NCBI GenBank assembly: GCA_964477095.1
Contig: CAYZDA010000008.1
Span: 276-64,275, forward strand
Length of the DNA stretch: 64,000 nucleotides
DNA from: an uncultured Bacteroidales bacterium
GTDB lineage: Bacteria > Bacteroidota > Bacteroidia > Bacteroidales > PWNQ01
Direction of reading: 5' to 3'
The notes beneath the pieces are model-generated. The model saw only the letters and a program-made list of their open reading frames with translations, was not told where the DNA came from and did no database searches. How positions within the stretch are numbered: position 1 is the first letter of the stretch; each line of letters starts with the position of its first letter. Of this stretch, positions 1-11,500 are shown piece after piece. A program made the translations under genes and the position numbers.

Positions 1-2
1 AT

Positions 3-575
3 TATAGCGGCAGCATTGCAAAAGCGGAATTACTACCCGAATTGATTGATGAAGTGAAGGATATTGCTGGTATTTACAACTGGAAATTCAACCTATATGA
101 ACGGCAATTTCCCGAAAACAGTTTTGGAATGCCCGGTTACAACAAAAGTATTTATGGTGTAAGCATTACACCGCCCGGCTGCGAAACCATATCTCTTTGT
201 TTTTTGTCAAACGGTCGCATGAGCAGCCATGCCCATTTGAAGTTTTATGGTAATACCAACGAACAGCCCGAAAAGGAATATTTATACATGCTATCGGTAA
301 AAACTCAATTTTCCAGTGTTGAAACACATCAGTTTATTATTCAACTTTTCCGTTACCTTAATACAAAATATTTTGTCAATTTTACCCTTATTGACGAGGG
401 CAGTTATTGGGAAACAAATGATATTGAAATACTAAGGGAAAATTTTAAAAGAAATGCCGATTTGTTATCAGGTTTCTCATCGGCACTTGAATGTGTGCCT
501 ATGGAAGAAGGAGAAACCATTGAAAAATACATTACACGGTTATTAAACCTAATTGAGAAAAGAAAAAAGCAATAG
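3..575 (+). CDS. Conserved hypothetical protein, 5' end lies outside the window
   Basis: The frame is open from base 3 (YSGSIAKAELLPELIDEV...), upstream of the TTG called at 42. Stop TAG at 573-575. Confidence 0.7.
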   Translation, partial: YSGSIAKAELLPELIDEVKDIAGIYNWKFNLYERQFPENSFGMPGYNKSIYGVSITPPGCETISLCFLSNGRMSSHAHLKFYGNTNEQPEKEYLYMLSVKTQFSSVETHQFIIQLFRYLNTKYFVNFTLIDEGSYWETNDIEILRENFKRNADLLSGFSSALECVPMEEGETIEKYITRLLNLIEKRKKQ

Positions 576-578
576 CGT

Positions 579-665
579 ATGTCAGAAAACCAAAATATTG
601 AATACAAAGAATCGTGGAGAGATGAATACCTGAAATGGATTTGCGGTTTTGGTAAAATTCTTTGA
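579..665 (+). pseudogene. Truncated N-terminus of an AlbA_2/Schlafen-like (RecG-C/ATP-binding) protein
   Basis: Translates MSENQNIEYKESWRDEYLKWICGF-GKIL*. The family normally continues ...ICGFANxxGG. Stops after 28 aa. Confidence 0.7.
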
Positions 666-782
666 AATACCCTGGAATAAAAATTAAATTATACTTTTGA
701 AGCCCAGGCGTGATATAATAAAAAGAAAGATTAAACCATTTTAAGTTGATTGATAAATATAAATATTAAAAAAATTGAGAAA

Positions 783-1337
783 ATGATTAGAAAAGCACTA
801 ATTGCAGTATTGCTGGTTGTATCAATATCCCTGATAGCTCAGGGTCAGGAGAAGGATGCAAACTTTAAACCGTTTAATAAAATAGTTTTAGATCTTAGCG
901 GTACTCCCTTAAGCATAACAAATGCAGACGACATGCAGCTTTACGCTTATGGTTTGGCAATGGGATATCAGTTTAACGACAGGATTGATATTCGCATTAA
1001 CGTTGATCAATTTATTTTTTCATACAAGTTTGATGACCTAAACAGCGATAGGTATCTCGTGGATAGATTAATAGGATTGTCGCTAGGATCAAACATTACT
1101 GTTTTTAAACCTAAAGATGATTCGTTTTTTGCAAATTCTACCCTGGGTTTAGTGGGCAAATTTGGAGCAGGAATATCACCAAAGTATAGGGAGCAGGAAT
1201 CGTTGTTTTATGATTTATCACTTAGAGCTAATATTGGAAAAGTGCCATACATTGGATTAGGAGTGAATCATCAATTTGGTGACATATTAATAGAGAACGA
1301 TATAAGCTTATATTTCACTTTCGGATTAAGTTTCTAA
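783..1337 (+). CDS. Putative outer-membrane beta-barrel protein
   Basis: Signal peptide MIRKALIAVLLVVSISLIAQG, amphipathic beta-strand pattern, C-terminal ..LYFTFGLSF (terminal Phe). Confidence 0.65.
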   Translation: MIRKALIAVLLVVSISLIAQGQEKDANFKPFNKIVLDLSGTPLSITNADDMQLYAYGLAMGYQFNDRIDIRINVDQFIFSYKFDDLNSDRYLVDRLIGLSLGSNITVFKPKDDSFFANSTLGLVGKFGAGISPKYREQESLFYDLSLRANIGKVPYIGLGVNHQFGDILIENDISLYFTFGLSF

Positions 1338-1376
1338 GCATACGCACACAAGCATTCCTTTCTATATAGTAATCAG

Positions 1377-1408
1377 TCAATGGGCGAGTGCTTACTCTCG
1401 CCCATTGA
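1377..1408. terminator. Inverted repeat / probable terminator
   Basis: TCAATGGGCGAG-8 nt-CTCGCCCATTGA, a perfect 12-bp stem 40 nt after the stop codon. Confidence 0.6.
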
Positions 1409-1783
1409 AGTTACTTTAATTTAATCAGGTTAAACCCACAGAATTTCATTGGCATAATAGCCTACCGTGATATCCTGGAAGCTATTCATTACGGCCTTCG
1501 CCGGGTTTTTGGCTTATTCCGGCTATACAGTATTATTGCAGCATTATTGGCAGAAATCGTTAGATCAGAAAAAATACAATGCAGCGGAAATCGGCCTTAA
1601 GCGGATCAAATCCGCCCATGATCTTAGGAAAAGCAGATATACTAAAGACTAAATATGAAGAAAACTGTAAATAGTTCATAACAAAGACAGTGTGAGCCGA
1701 ATTGACAAGCTATTCATTAACCCGGGATTTCAAAGCAGAATACTGGCAAAAGCAAAAGCCTGTACACATTTTGCAACGAATTT

Positions 1784-1881
1784 GTGTTTTTATGGCAAAA
1801 ATATTTGGATTCAGCATGATTTTCTTCTATATTTGGCAAATTATCATAGTCAACCAGGTTTTTAGACGGACTGCCGTTGTG
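1784..1881 (+). repeat. Copy 1 of promoter + conserved-site element
   Basis: GTGTTTTTATGGCAA..TATTTG..TTTCTTCTATATTTG..GTCAACCA..TTTTTAGACGGACTGccGTTGTG. Aligns without gaps over 73 nt with 12897-12969. Contains Bacteroidota -33 TTTG and -7 TATATTTG boxes. Confidence 0.8.
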
Positions 1882-1893
1882 TCCAAGCTTAGA

Positions 1894-2337
1894 ATGACGA
1901 GCAATATCAAAAATACCGGCCTGACCATAACGCTTCTGACTGTACAAACTTGTTACGTACGGGACAACCAATTGTTTACTAAAAAAATCATACAAGAAAT
2001 TGCAAAGAACAATTATGCACCCCCCTGTCCTGGCGGGTTTATGCATGGAGAAACACCACGGTATAACCTGAATATATTCTTAAAAGAAACTGCAACGACT
2101 GAGGAGCTAATAAAATATACTGACGATAAAAGACCGGTAGTAAGTACATATACTTTCAAATGCTCAGACGAAGGAAAATATGACAAGCTTTTTCAAATAG
2201 CTGTCAGGCAGATACAAGACACAGCGAAAGATAGTTTTGTGGGACATATTTCAGAATATGTTTATGATGGGGCTTACTTTGCGATTGTTAACCCATTAAA
2301 TTACGTCAAGGTAAACGATTTTCAAAAAAAAGTCTGA
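1894..2337 (+). CDS. Hypothetical helical (HEAT-like) protein, probably degenerate
   Basis: In-frame ATG 13 nt after the element. The longer ORF from 1702 runs through the non-coding element. Motif LKETATTEELIKYTDDKRPVV. Ends in an A-run. Confidence 0.4.
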   Translation: MTSNIKNTGLTITLLTVQTCYVRDNQLFTKKIIQEIAKNNYAPPCPGGFMHGETPRYNLNIFLKETATTEELIKYTDDKRPVVSTYTFKCSDEGKYDKLFQIAVRQIQDTAKDSFVGHISEYVYDGAYFAIVNPLNYVKVNDFQKKV

Positions 2338-2494
2338 AAATACTTTTAAAGCCATTTACAGATACAAGAATGCCAAAGGTGAAAAAATTGAATTCATATA
2401 AACTGAGATAATATTTAAATCATTAGTTATGAGCCGAGGCATGGCAAATATTTTTGACACGCACTTGCATGAATACCATGTATGTGGCGGGTAT

Positions 2495-2532
2495 TAAATT
2501 TGTCATGGCGAGTTCCCCCGCCGTTTGCGGGG
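2495..2532 (+). promoter_or_regulatory. -7 promoter box and GC-rich 5'-UTR hairpin of the giant gene
   Basis: TAAATTTG (2495-2502) fits TAnnTTTG. CCCCGC-cgttt-GCGGGG stem at 2516-2532. Confidence 0.45.
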
Positions 2533-2569
2533 CCAGCTATATGGGCGCTAAAATCAAAATTTTAATTAT

Positions 2570-5500
2570 ATGAAAAAACTTTTACTCTCTCTGGCAATGT
2601 TAATGATAGCAGGTTTTCTTTCAGCACAATCACCGGTTGTGTTCCATGAAAACTTTGAGCTCCCTTCAGGAGCTGATAGTGTAAGCCACTATTCGTCATC
2701 GTCAAACAACACATGGGGAATCTCCACCTCTTTATCTTCCGGCGGTGTACAGTCGGATTCGGCGAAGTGTTCCCCTAATGATACGTTAATCGTAACGAGT
2801 AATACCTTTTCCACGACGGGAAATTCCTTTGTGATCCTGGAATTCGATCATATATGCAAGATCGAGGTTTTCGACAAGGGTGTTGTAGAAGTTTCCACGG
2901 ATGGGGGTTTAACCTGGACTCAGTTGGATTCCACGCATTATAAAGGGAATTCCACCACTTTTGGCTCTAACGGCAATATCTTCAATGTTTCGGCCTATGG
3001 CGGTGCCTGGAGCAGCGGGATTGTTGTTACGCCCGATAACAGCTGGTGGAAGCACGAGGTTTTTGATATTTCTTCTATTGCGGGAGATAAGTCCAGTGTT
3101 GAGGTACGTTTTAGCCTGATCGATGAAAACGGGATGACAATGTTTGAGAACGGGGGCTGGTTTTTGGATAACCTTCAGGTGAAGGCGGCGTTTTCGGAAT
3201 TGGATCCTCCGGTGATCACGATGTTATCACCCATACCGCAAGACACAATAATAGACGCTTTGGGGCAGGAAGTTCGTGCGGAGATCACGGACAATACCGG
3301 CGTAGATTCGGCCTGGGTGGTTTATTCGGTTAACGGTGTTTTTGCCGATAGTGTGGGCATGCAGAATGTCAGCGGCAACACCTATGAAGGCACAATTCCG
3401 TTTCAGGGATATGGCAAGACCGTCAGTTACTTTGTGGGGGCTGTAGATGCGGCGGCGGCGGCGAATACGGCTTCGGGTTCTGCCTATAGTTATGTGGTGA
3501 TGCGTACTTTTGCTTTTACCAATGCCGGAGCGACGGGTTCTTCGGGACCAACGCAGTCGGATCTGGATGCGGAATATGCGGGCACTAATTTAAGTGGTTT
3601 GGTTACTTCTGTGAATGGATATCAGCAGTGGATGGTTCCGCAGACGGGTCAATACAGGATAACGGCTTATGGGGCTGAGGGAGGTGGTGTCGATTCTTCT
3701 CACCGCGGCCAGGGCGGCCGTTCGGAAGGTCTGGTACAGTTGAATGCCGGGGATATTTTGTATATAGGTGTCGGCCAGGCCGGCCAGTATGGCCATAATG
3801 CCTCCAGCGCACCGGCCGGTGGCTTTAATGGTGGAGGTGACGGAGGTAGTTCCGGTCAAACCGAGCATGGCAGTTCCGGCGGAGGAGCCTCGGATGTACG
3901 GATCAATGATACGACCTTAGCCAGTCGTGTAATTGTAGCCGGCGGCGGCGGTGGTGGTACCGGTGATGGTGTTGAGTCGTGGCGCCGTGGTGGCGGCGGC
4001 GGCGGCGGCGGTGGCTACTACGGTGGTGGCGGCGGCCATGGCGGAAACGAATCCCCTTACGATCCCGGTAAAGGCGGGACACAATCTGCCGGTGGGCAGG
4101 GTGGCGGAACATACTCTGGTAATACGGATGGCGGATTTGGCTATGGAGGAAATGGAGGAAATTGTGATCCCTCTTACACCTCATCCTTTTCTTCCAACAT
4201 CAACCAATACGGTGGTGATGGCGGAGGTCTTACCGGCCAGGATGGCCAGGACGGAGGAAGCAGCAGCCGTGCTGACGGCGGTGGGGGTGGTTCCAGCTAT
4301 ACCGGCGGTTTATCTTCCTATCCTCTGACCAATGCCAACACTCAAAGCGGTGTTCGTGATGGTCACGGGCTGGTGATCATCGAGCCGCAGTTTCCTATTA
4401 CTTCAGCCGAAAATGATGCCGGCGTGGTTTCTGTTGATGAGCCGGATATATATTGCCCGGGCTCAAATGATGTGATCGTTACCATCTCGAACTTTGGGAG
4501 CAATCAAATTAATGGTGTGGATGTGGAATGGACGGTGAATGGTGTATCCCAAACACCGGTGAGCTATAGCGGCACGTTGGATACAGTAGGGGGTTCGGGT
4601 TCTGTGAATGATACGGTTAACCTGGGCAGTTATACCTTTACCAATGCACCCTATGATATTGTAGCCTGGACTTCTAATCCTAATGGTGTTGCTGATACGG
4701 TTAATATGAACGATACGGTTTATGCCACGGTGCAGTCCAGCTTACCGGCGCCAGGCGGATTAACGGTATTGGATACGACCGGTACCACTGCAGTGATCGA
4801 CTGGACAGGCGGTTCACCGGCCAATAGCTGGATATATGTAGTCGTACCCCAGGGGGATCCTGTTAATACGGGAATACCTGTTCATGTAACGACAGAGGGT
4901 GATACGGTTACGGGATTAAGCCCCCTTACGGCTTATGATGTTTACGTGGCAGAGTTATGCCCCGGAGGGACAGATACTTCTGCCTGGGCCGGGCCGGTGA
5001 GTTTTTCAACTACCTTCTACTGTCCGCCTCAGGCATATTGCTTTACGAATGCCGGTGCTACCGGCACCCATGGACCCGGTCAGTCAGATGTTAATCTTGA
5101 GTATGCCGGAACAAGCCTGGATGGGCAGGTAACAATTGTAGGGAATGGCATTCAACAATGGACGGTTCCATCGTCAGGAATCTATCAGATTGAAGTATTG
5201 GGAGCACAGGGAGGAGGCCCTGCCGGTGGTTTAGGAGCAAAAGTAAAGGGGGATTTCCAATTAAATAGTGGTGAAGTATTAAATGTCCTGGTGGGGCAGA
5301 AAGGAGAAGTCGGTGGGAGTCGTCAATTGACAGGCAGTGGCGGTGGAGGTAGTTTTGTTGTTGATAACAATGATAATCCGCTGATCATAGCCGGAGGCGG
5401 TGGAGGAGGAGCCGACATCACGAGGAGTGAGCGTCATGGTACGACCAACAATATTGCTAATGATGGTCGCTGTCCGGTTGGCGGGGACAGTGATAATTGT

Positions 5501-8500
5501 GATTATAACGGAAGTGGAGGGGCAACTGACGAAACCTATTCGCCCGGAGGGGTATTTACGATTGATGGAGGTACTTCCGGTCGTCGCGGCGGTGGCGGAG
5601 GCGGATTTAATTCAGATGGAGAACAAGGTCAGTCCAGTAGTAGCGAAAATCCGGGGGTTGCCTATCTAAATGGCGGAGAAGGAGGCCAGGGTGGTGATGC
5701 CGATGGCGGTTTTGGCGGCGGCGGCGGTGCCAGGGAAAGCGGATATGATGGCGGCGGCGGAGGCGGTGGTTATAGCGGTGGTGGTGGTGCCACAGACCGT
5801 GATAACAATAGCGAGCACGTTGGTGGTGGCGGTGGATCATTTAATTCCGGGATGAACCAGGAGAATTTTATTGGGGTTGGAAATGGACATGGTATCGTGA
5901 TCATTAAACCTCTGTCGTCCGGCGCAGCCAACGATATGGGCGTTACTTCCCTGGATGCACCCGGGGTATTTTGCCCGGGAACAGAGGATGTGATCGTGAC
6001 TATTACCAACTTTGGTTTTAACCAGGTAGACAGTGTTGATGTCCATTGGGAGATCAATGGCGTGGCTCAGCCCACTTATTCACATACCTCCACCATAGAC
6101 ACCATGGGTGGTTCCGGTTCTTCTTCCGCACAGCTTACCCTTGGCAGCTATACCTTTACCAATGCACCATACCAGTTTAAAGCCTGGACAGAGAATCCCA
6201 ACGGCCAGAGCGATACGGTCAATGTGAACGATACAGTCACGGCCATGATACAATCGAACTTACCTGCCCCCGGCGGGATAACGGTAGTGGATACTCTTCC
6301 CAACTCTGTTACGTTTACCTGGACGCCTGGTTCTTCGCTTAATAGCTGGATATATACGGTGGTGCCAAAAGGTTCACCACCTTCCAGTGGCACGATCGAC
6401 AGTACATCTAACGATACGGTCACGGTTACGGGTCTGAACACGGTTACCCAATATGATATTTATGTAGCGGAAGTCTGTCCGGGTGGTGCGGACACCTCCG
6501 GCTGGGGCGGTCCTGTAAGCTTTAAAACGTCATTTGGGCTTAGCTGTACCACTGGCACCTCGGATGTGATCTTTACCGAGAACTGGGACGGCGGCCAGGG
6601 CAACTGGGCCGGCGATTTTGGCACTTCCAGCGGAGAATGGCAATTTGAGACCGGAACAACCAGCTCCTCCAGTACCGGTCCCAACGGGCCGCATGACGGC
6701 TTCCAGTACCTTTACTATGAAGCCTCCGGGGCAGGTTCTCCGGGTTCTGCCACCATTGTTTCCCCTTCGATTGACCTTTCGGCGGGTAACGACCAGGCGG
6801 TTCTGAGCTTCTGGATGCACGGCTATGGGGATGACATGGGAGGCTGCAGCCTGACGATAGGCGTTGGCACCAGCCCCGGTGGCCCCTTTACCACTGAATA
6901 CGATACAACCTTTTCCTCGCAGATCCAATCCAGTGAGAGCGATCCCTATGTGCGGGAGTTTGTGAACTTAAGCGCTTATCTGGGGCAGGTCATTTACCTG
7001 GAGATCACCTATACGGTGACCGGTTCCTATCATGCCGATTTAGCTTTAGACTTGTTTGAGATGTATACGTGTATTTCGTGTGCCTCGCCCATGAATTTAT
7101 CCGCTTCCAATGTAACCTCTTCCTCGGTAGATCTGAGCTGGAGCGATCCGGGTACGGGCAGCAGCTGGGAGATCGAATATGGCATGCCGGGATATACACC
7201 GGGCACAGGCACGAGCATTATAACTTCCTCTCCGCATACAGTTACGGGCTTAAGCCCGCTGACAGAATATGACTTTTACGTTCGCAGTATTTGCGGTGCG
7301 GGGGATACTTCCATTTGGGAAGGCCCTGTAACGGAAAAGACGCCCTTCCAGTGCCCGCCCAATGGTTTTTGCTTTAACAATGCGGGGTCTACGGGTGCTT
7401 CAGGCCCGGTGCAATCAGATCTGGATGTGGAATATACGGGCACTAATTTAAGTGGTTTGGTTACTTCTGTGAATGGATATCAGCAGTGGATGGTTCCGCA
7501 GACGGGTCAATACAGGATAACGGCTTATGGGGCTGAGGGAGGTGGTGTCGATTCTTCTCACCGCGGCCAGGGCGGCCGTTCGGAAGGTCTGGTACAGTTG
7601 AATGCCGGGGATATTTTGTATATAGGTGTCGGCCAGGCCGGCCAGTATGGCCATAATGCCTCCAGCGCACCGGCCGGTGGCTTTAATGGTGGAGGTGACG
7701 GAGGTAGTTCCGGTCAAACCGAGCATGGCAGTTCCGGCGGAGGAGCCTCGGATGTACGGATCAATGATACGACCTTAGCCAGTCGTGTAATTGTAGCCGG
7801 CGGCGGCGGTGGTGGTACCGGTGATGGTGTTGAGTCGTGGCGCCGTGGTGGCGGCGGCGGCGGCGGCGGTGGCTACTACGGTGGTGGCGGCGGCCATGGC
7901 GGAAACGAATCCCCTTACGATCCCGGTAAAGGCGGGACACAATCTGCCGGTGGGCAGGGTGGCGGAACATACTCTGGTAATACGGATGGCGGATTTGGCT
8001 ATGGAGGAAATGGAGGAAATTGTGATCCCTCTTACACCTCATCCTTTTCTTCCAACATCAACCAATACGGTGGTGATGGCGGAGGTCTTACCGGCCAGGA
8101 TGGCCAGGACGGAGGAAGCAGCAGCCGTGCTGACGGCGGTGGGGGTGGTTCCAGCTATACCGGCGGTTTATCTTCCTATCCTCTGACCAATGCCAACACT
8201 CAAAGCGGTGTTCGTGATGGTCACGGGCTGGTGATCATCGAGCCGCAGTTTCCTATTACTTCAGCCGAAAATGATGCCGGCGTGGTTTCTGTTGATGAGC
8301 CGGATATATATTGCCCGGGCTCAAATGATGTGATCGTTACCATCTCGAACTTTGGGAGCAATCAAATTAATGGTGTGGATGTGGAATGGACGGTGAATGG
8401 TGTATCCCAAACACCGGTGAGCTATAGCGGCACGTTGGATACAGTAGGGGGTTCGGGTTCTGTGAATGATACGGTTAACCTGGGCAGTTATACCTTTACC

Positions 8501-11500
8501 AATGCACCCTATGATATTGTAGCCTGGACTTCTAATCCTAATGGTGTTGCTGATACGGTTAATATGAACGATACGGTTTATGCCACGGTGCAGTCCAGCT
8601 TACCGGCGCCAGGCGGATTAACGGTATTGGATACGACCGGTACCACTGCAGTGATCGACTGGACAGGCGGTTCACCGGCCAATAGCTGGATATATGTAGT
8701 CGTACCCCAGGGGGATCCTGTTAATACGGGAATACCTGTTCATGTAACGACAGAGGGTGATACGGTTACGGGATTAAGCCCCCTTACGGCTTATGATGTT
8801 TACGTGGCAGAGTTATGCCCCGGAGGGACAGATACTTCTGCCTGGGCCGGGCCGGTGAGTTTTTCAACTACCTTCTACTGTCCGCCGAATTCTTATTGTT
8901 TCACCCATGCAGGTGCTACGGGTCGTCAGGGCCCGACGCAGTCACAGGTTGATGGAGCGTATTCGATGACGAGTTTAGATGGAAAGGTTACGGTAACATC
9001 AACAGGTATTCAACAATGGACGGTTCCTTCAGGCGGAATATACCGGATTAAGGCAACGGGTGCCAGGGGAGGAAATGCCACCAGCGGTCCTGCACCCGGT
9101 TTAGGAGCTTCGGTTTCCGGAGATTTTGTTTTAAATACAGGGGAGCAGGTTCAGATTTTGATTGGGCAGAAAGGTCAGGACCGGGATAATTCTGCCGGTG
9201 GTGGCGGTGGTACTTTTGTTACCCGTTACCCTCACAATACGGAAGCATCTATTTTGTTAATTGCCGGTGGTGGCGGAGCATCGAGTGAAGACTTTGCCGG
9301 TATAGATGCTTCAGGGGATTCATGTGCTACCTATGATGCCCAATCAGGTCCTCCAAAATGTAATGGTGAAGGAGGGATATCCTTCAGCGGCAACTCAGGA
9401 GGGGCCGGAGGCGGTTTCTTAACAGATGGAGAAGATGGAGGAATAGGCGATGGTGGAGAAGCTTATATTTCAGGTGGCCGTGGAGGCACTACCAATAGTC
9501 AGCAGGAAGGAGGCTTTGGTGGAGGTGGCGGCCAGGATGGCTCAGGGACTTATGCAGGCAGTGGTGGCGGAGGTTATTCCGGGGGGAATGGTGGTAACCG
9601 GAACTCCTCTGTAGGCACAGGAAGAATGGGAGGAGGTGGAGGAGGTTCCTTTAACTCCGGAATTAATCAGGTTAACCAGGGTGGTGTTAACGATGATCAT
9701 GGCCTGGTAATAATCGAGCCTCTATCATCCGGTGCTGGTAATGATATGGGTATTACTTCCCTGGATGAGCCTGTTATTTTCTGTCCCGGTACGCAGGATG
9801 TCATTGTGACCTTAACGAATTTTGGAAATACACTGGTAAATACTGTCGATGTGGTATGGGAGATCAATGGTGTGGCACAACCCACCTATACACATACTTC
9901 GACCATAGATACCATGGGCGGCTCCGGTTCTTCTACTGTCCAGGTGACCCTTGGCAGCTATGCTTTTACCAATGCGTCCTACCAGTTTAAGGCCTGGACG
10001 AGCGATCCTAACGGGCAGCCGGATACGGTGAATACCAATGATACCCTGCAGGCGGTTATAAAATCCAACCTTCCGGCTCCGGCCAATCTTACTATGGATA
10101 GCGTGGCTCCTTACTGGGCCAGTTTTTCCTGGAGCGGAGGTTCGAGCCAGCATAGCTGGGTTTATGTGATAGTCCCGCAGGGTCAGTCGCCCGGCAGTGG
10201 CACCTATGTATCTTCCACTACGGAAAATGCTACGGACAGCAGCCTGAACCATATTACCGACTATGACCTGTATGTAGCGGAGGTTTGCCCCGGGGGAACC
10301 GATACTTCTTCCTGGGCCGGACCGTTGAGCTTTAGCACGCCCTTTGGCGGTGTAAACTGCCCGGGCGCTATGGTAGATACGCTGCTTACGGAAAACTGGG
10401 ACGGTGGCCAGGGCAACTGGACCGGCGATATCGGCACTTCCAGCGGAGAATGGCAGTTTGAGACGGGTACAACGGGTAGCTCCAGCACCGGCCCTGATGG
10501 CCCGCACAACGGCAGCCAGTATATTTACTTTGAAGCCTCAGGAGGAGGTTCTCCGGGCTCGGCGACTATGGTCTCCCCGGCTATTGATCTTACGCTGGCC
10601 AGCGGAGAAGCCTTACTGAGCTTCTGGATGCACGGCTACGGCGATGATATTCCCGGGGCCACGCTGACCATCAGCGCGGGGACGAATCCCGGCGGGCCGT
10701 TTACCCAGGTCTATTCGCGCACTTTTTCCGATCAGTTGCAAAGCAGCGAAAGCGATCCTTATGTGCAGGATTTTGCCAACCTGAACGCCTTTATGGGGCA
10801 AACGATCTACCTGGAGTTCCATTACGATAACCCGAACTCGTCGTATAACAGCGACCTGGCCCTGGATATGCTTGAGGTTATGGCTTGTGGTACTCCTCTG
10901 ATTCCGGAAGATGCCGGGGTGATAGCCATGCCTTTGCCGGAGTTCTACAACACGAACCCCAACCAGCAGTTCCGCGCAGTCGTGCGTAATTATGGTACGA
11001 ATACGATTCACAGCGTGGATATTGACTATAGCTATGCCAATGTGAGTGATACCTATACGCATACCGCCACGATAGCTCCCAACGCAACAGATACGGTGGA
11101 TATGCCGATTGTAAGCCTGCCCAATGGCAATACTGAGCTTTGCGCTTATACCAACCTTCCGGGTGACAGCAACCTGATCAATGACGGGATGTGCAAGCCG
11201 GTTTTCCGGGAGGTAACGACGGCTCCGCCCTATACGGATAATTTTGATGTCAGTGATTACTTTATGGCAGATACGGCCTCGGATAGATCGACTATGTGGG
11301 AGAAGGGCTCACCCGCAGGCTTTAATATTACCGGCGCCCATTCGGGCAGCGATGCCTGGATGACGGATCTGACGGCCGATTATGCCAATTCCGTTACGGG
11401 GGATATATTAACCACGCCGAAATTTGCGATCACGCAGGCTCCAGATGGGGTAGACTCGCTGGTTTTCTGGCACTATTATGATACGGAGCAGGGCGACGGG

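Noticed and set aside
1702-1893. N-terminal 64 codons of the 1702-2337 ORF
   Set aside because: They run through the non-coding repeated promoter element. The ATG at 1894 is more plausible.
3579-10890. Diversity-generating retroelement (TR/VR pair) in the giant gene
   Set aside because: The A/A' copies show no mismatches and the B/B' differences are mostly third-position, not adenine-specific. No reverse transcriptase is in the window.
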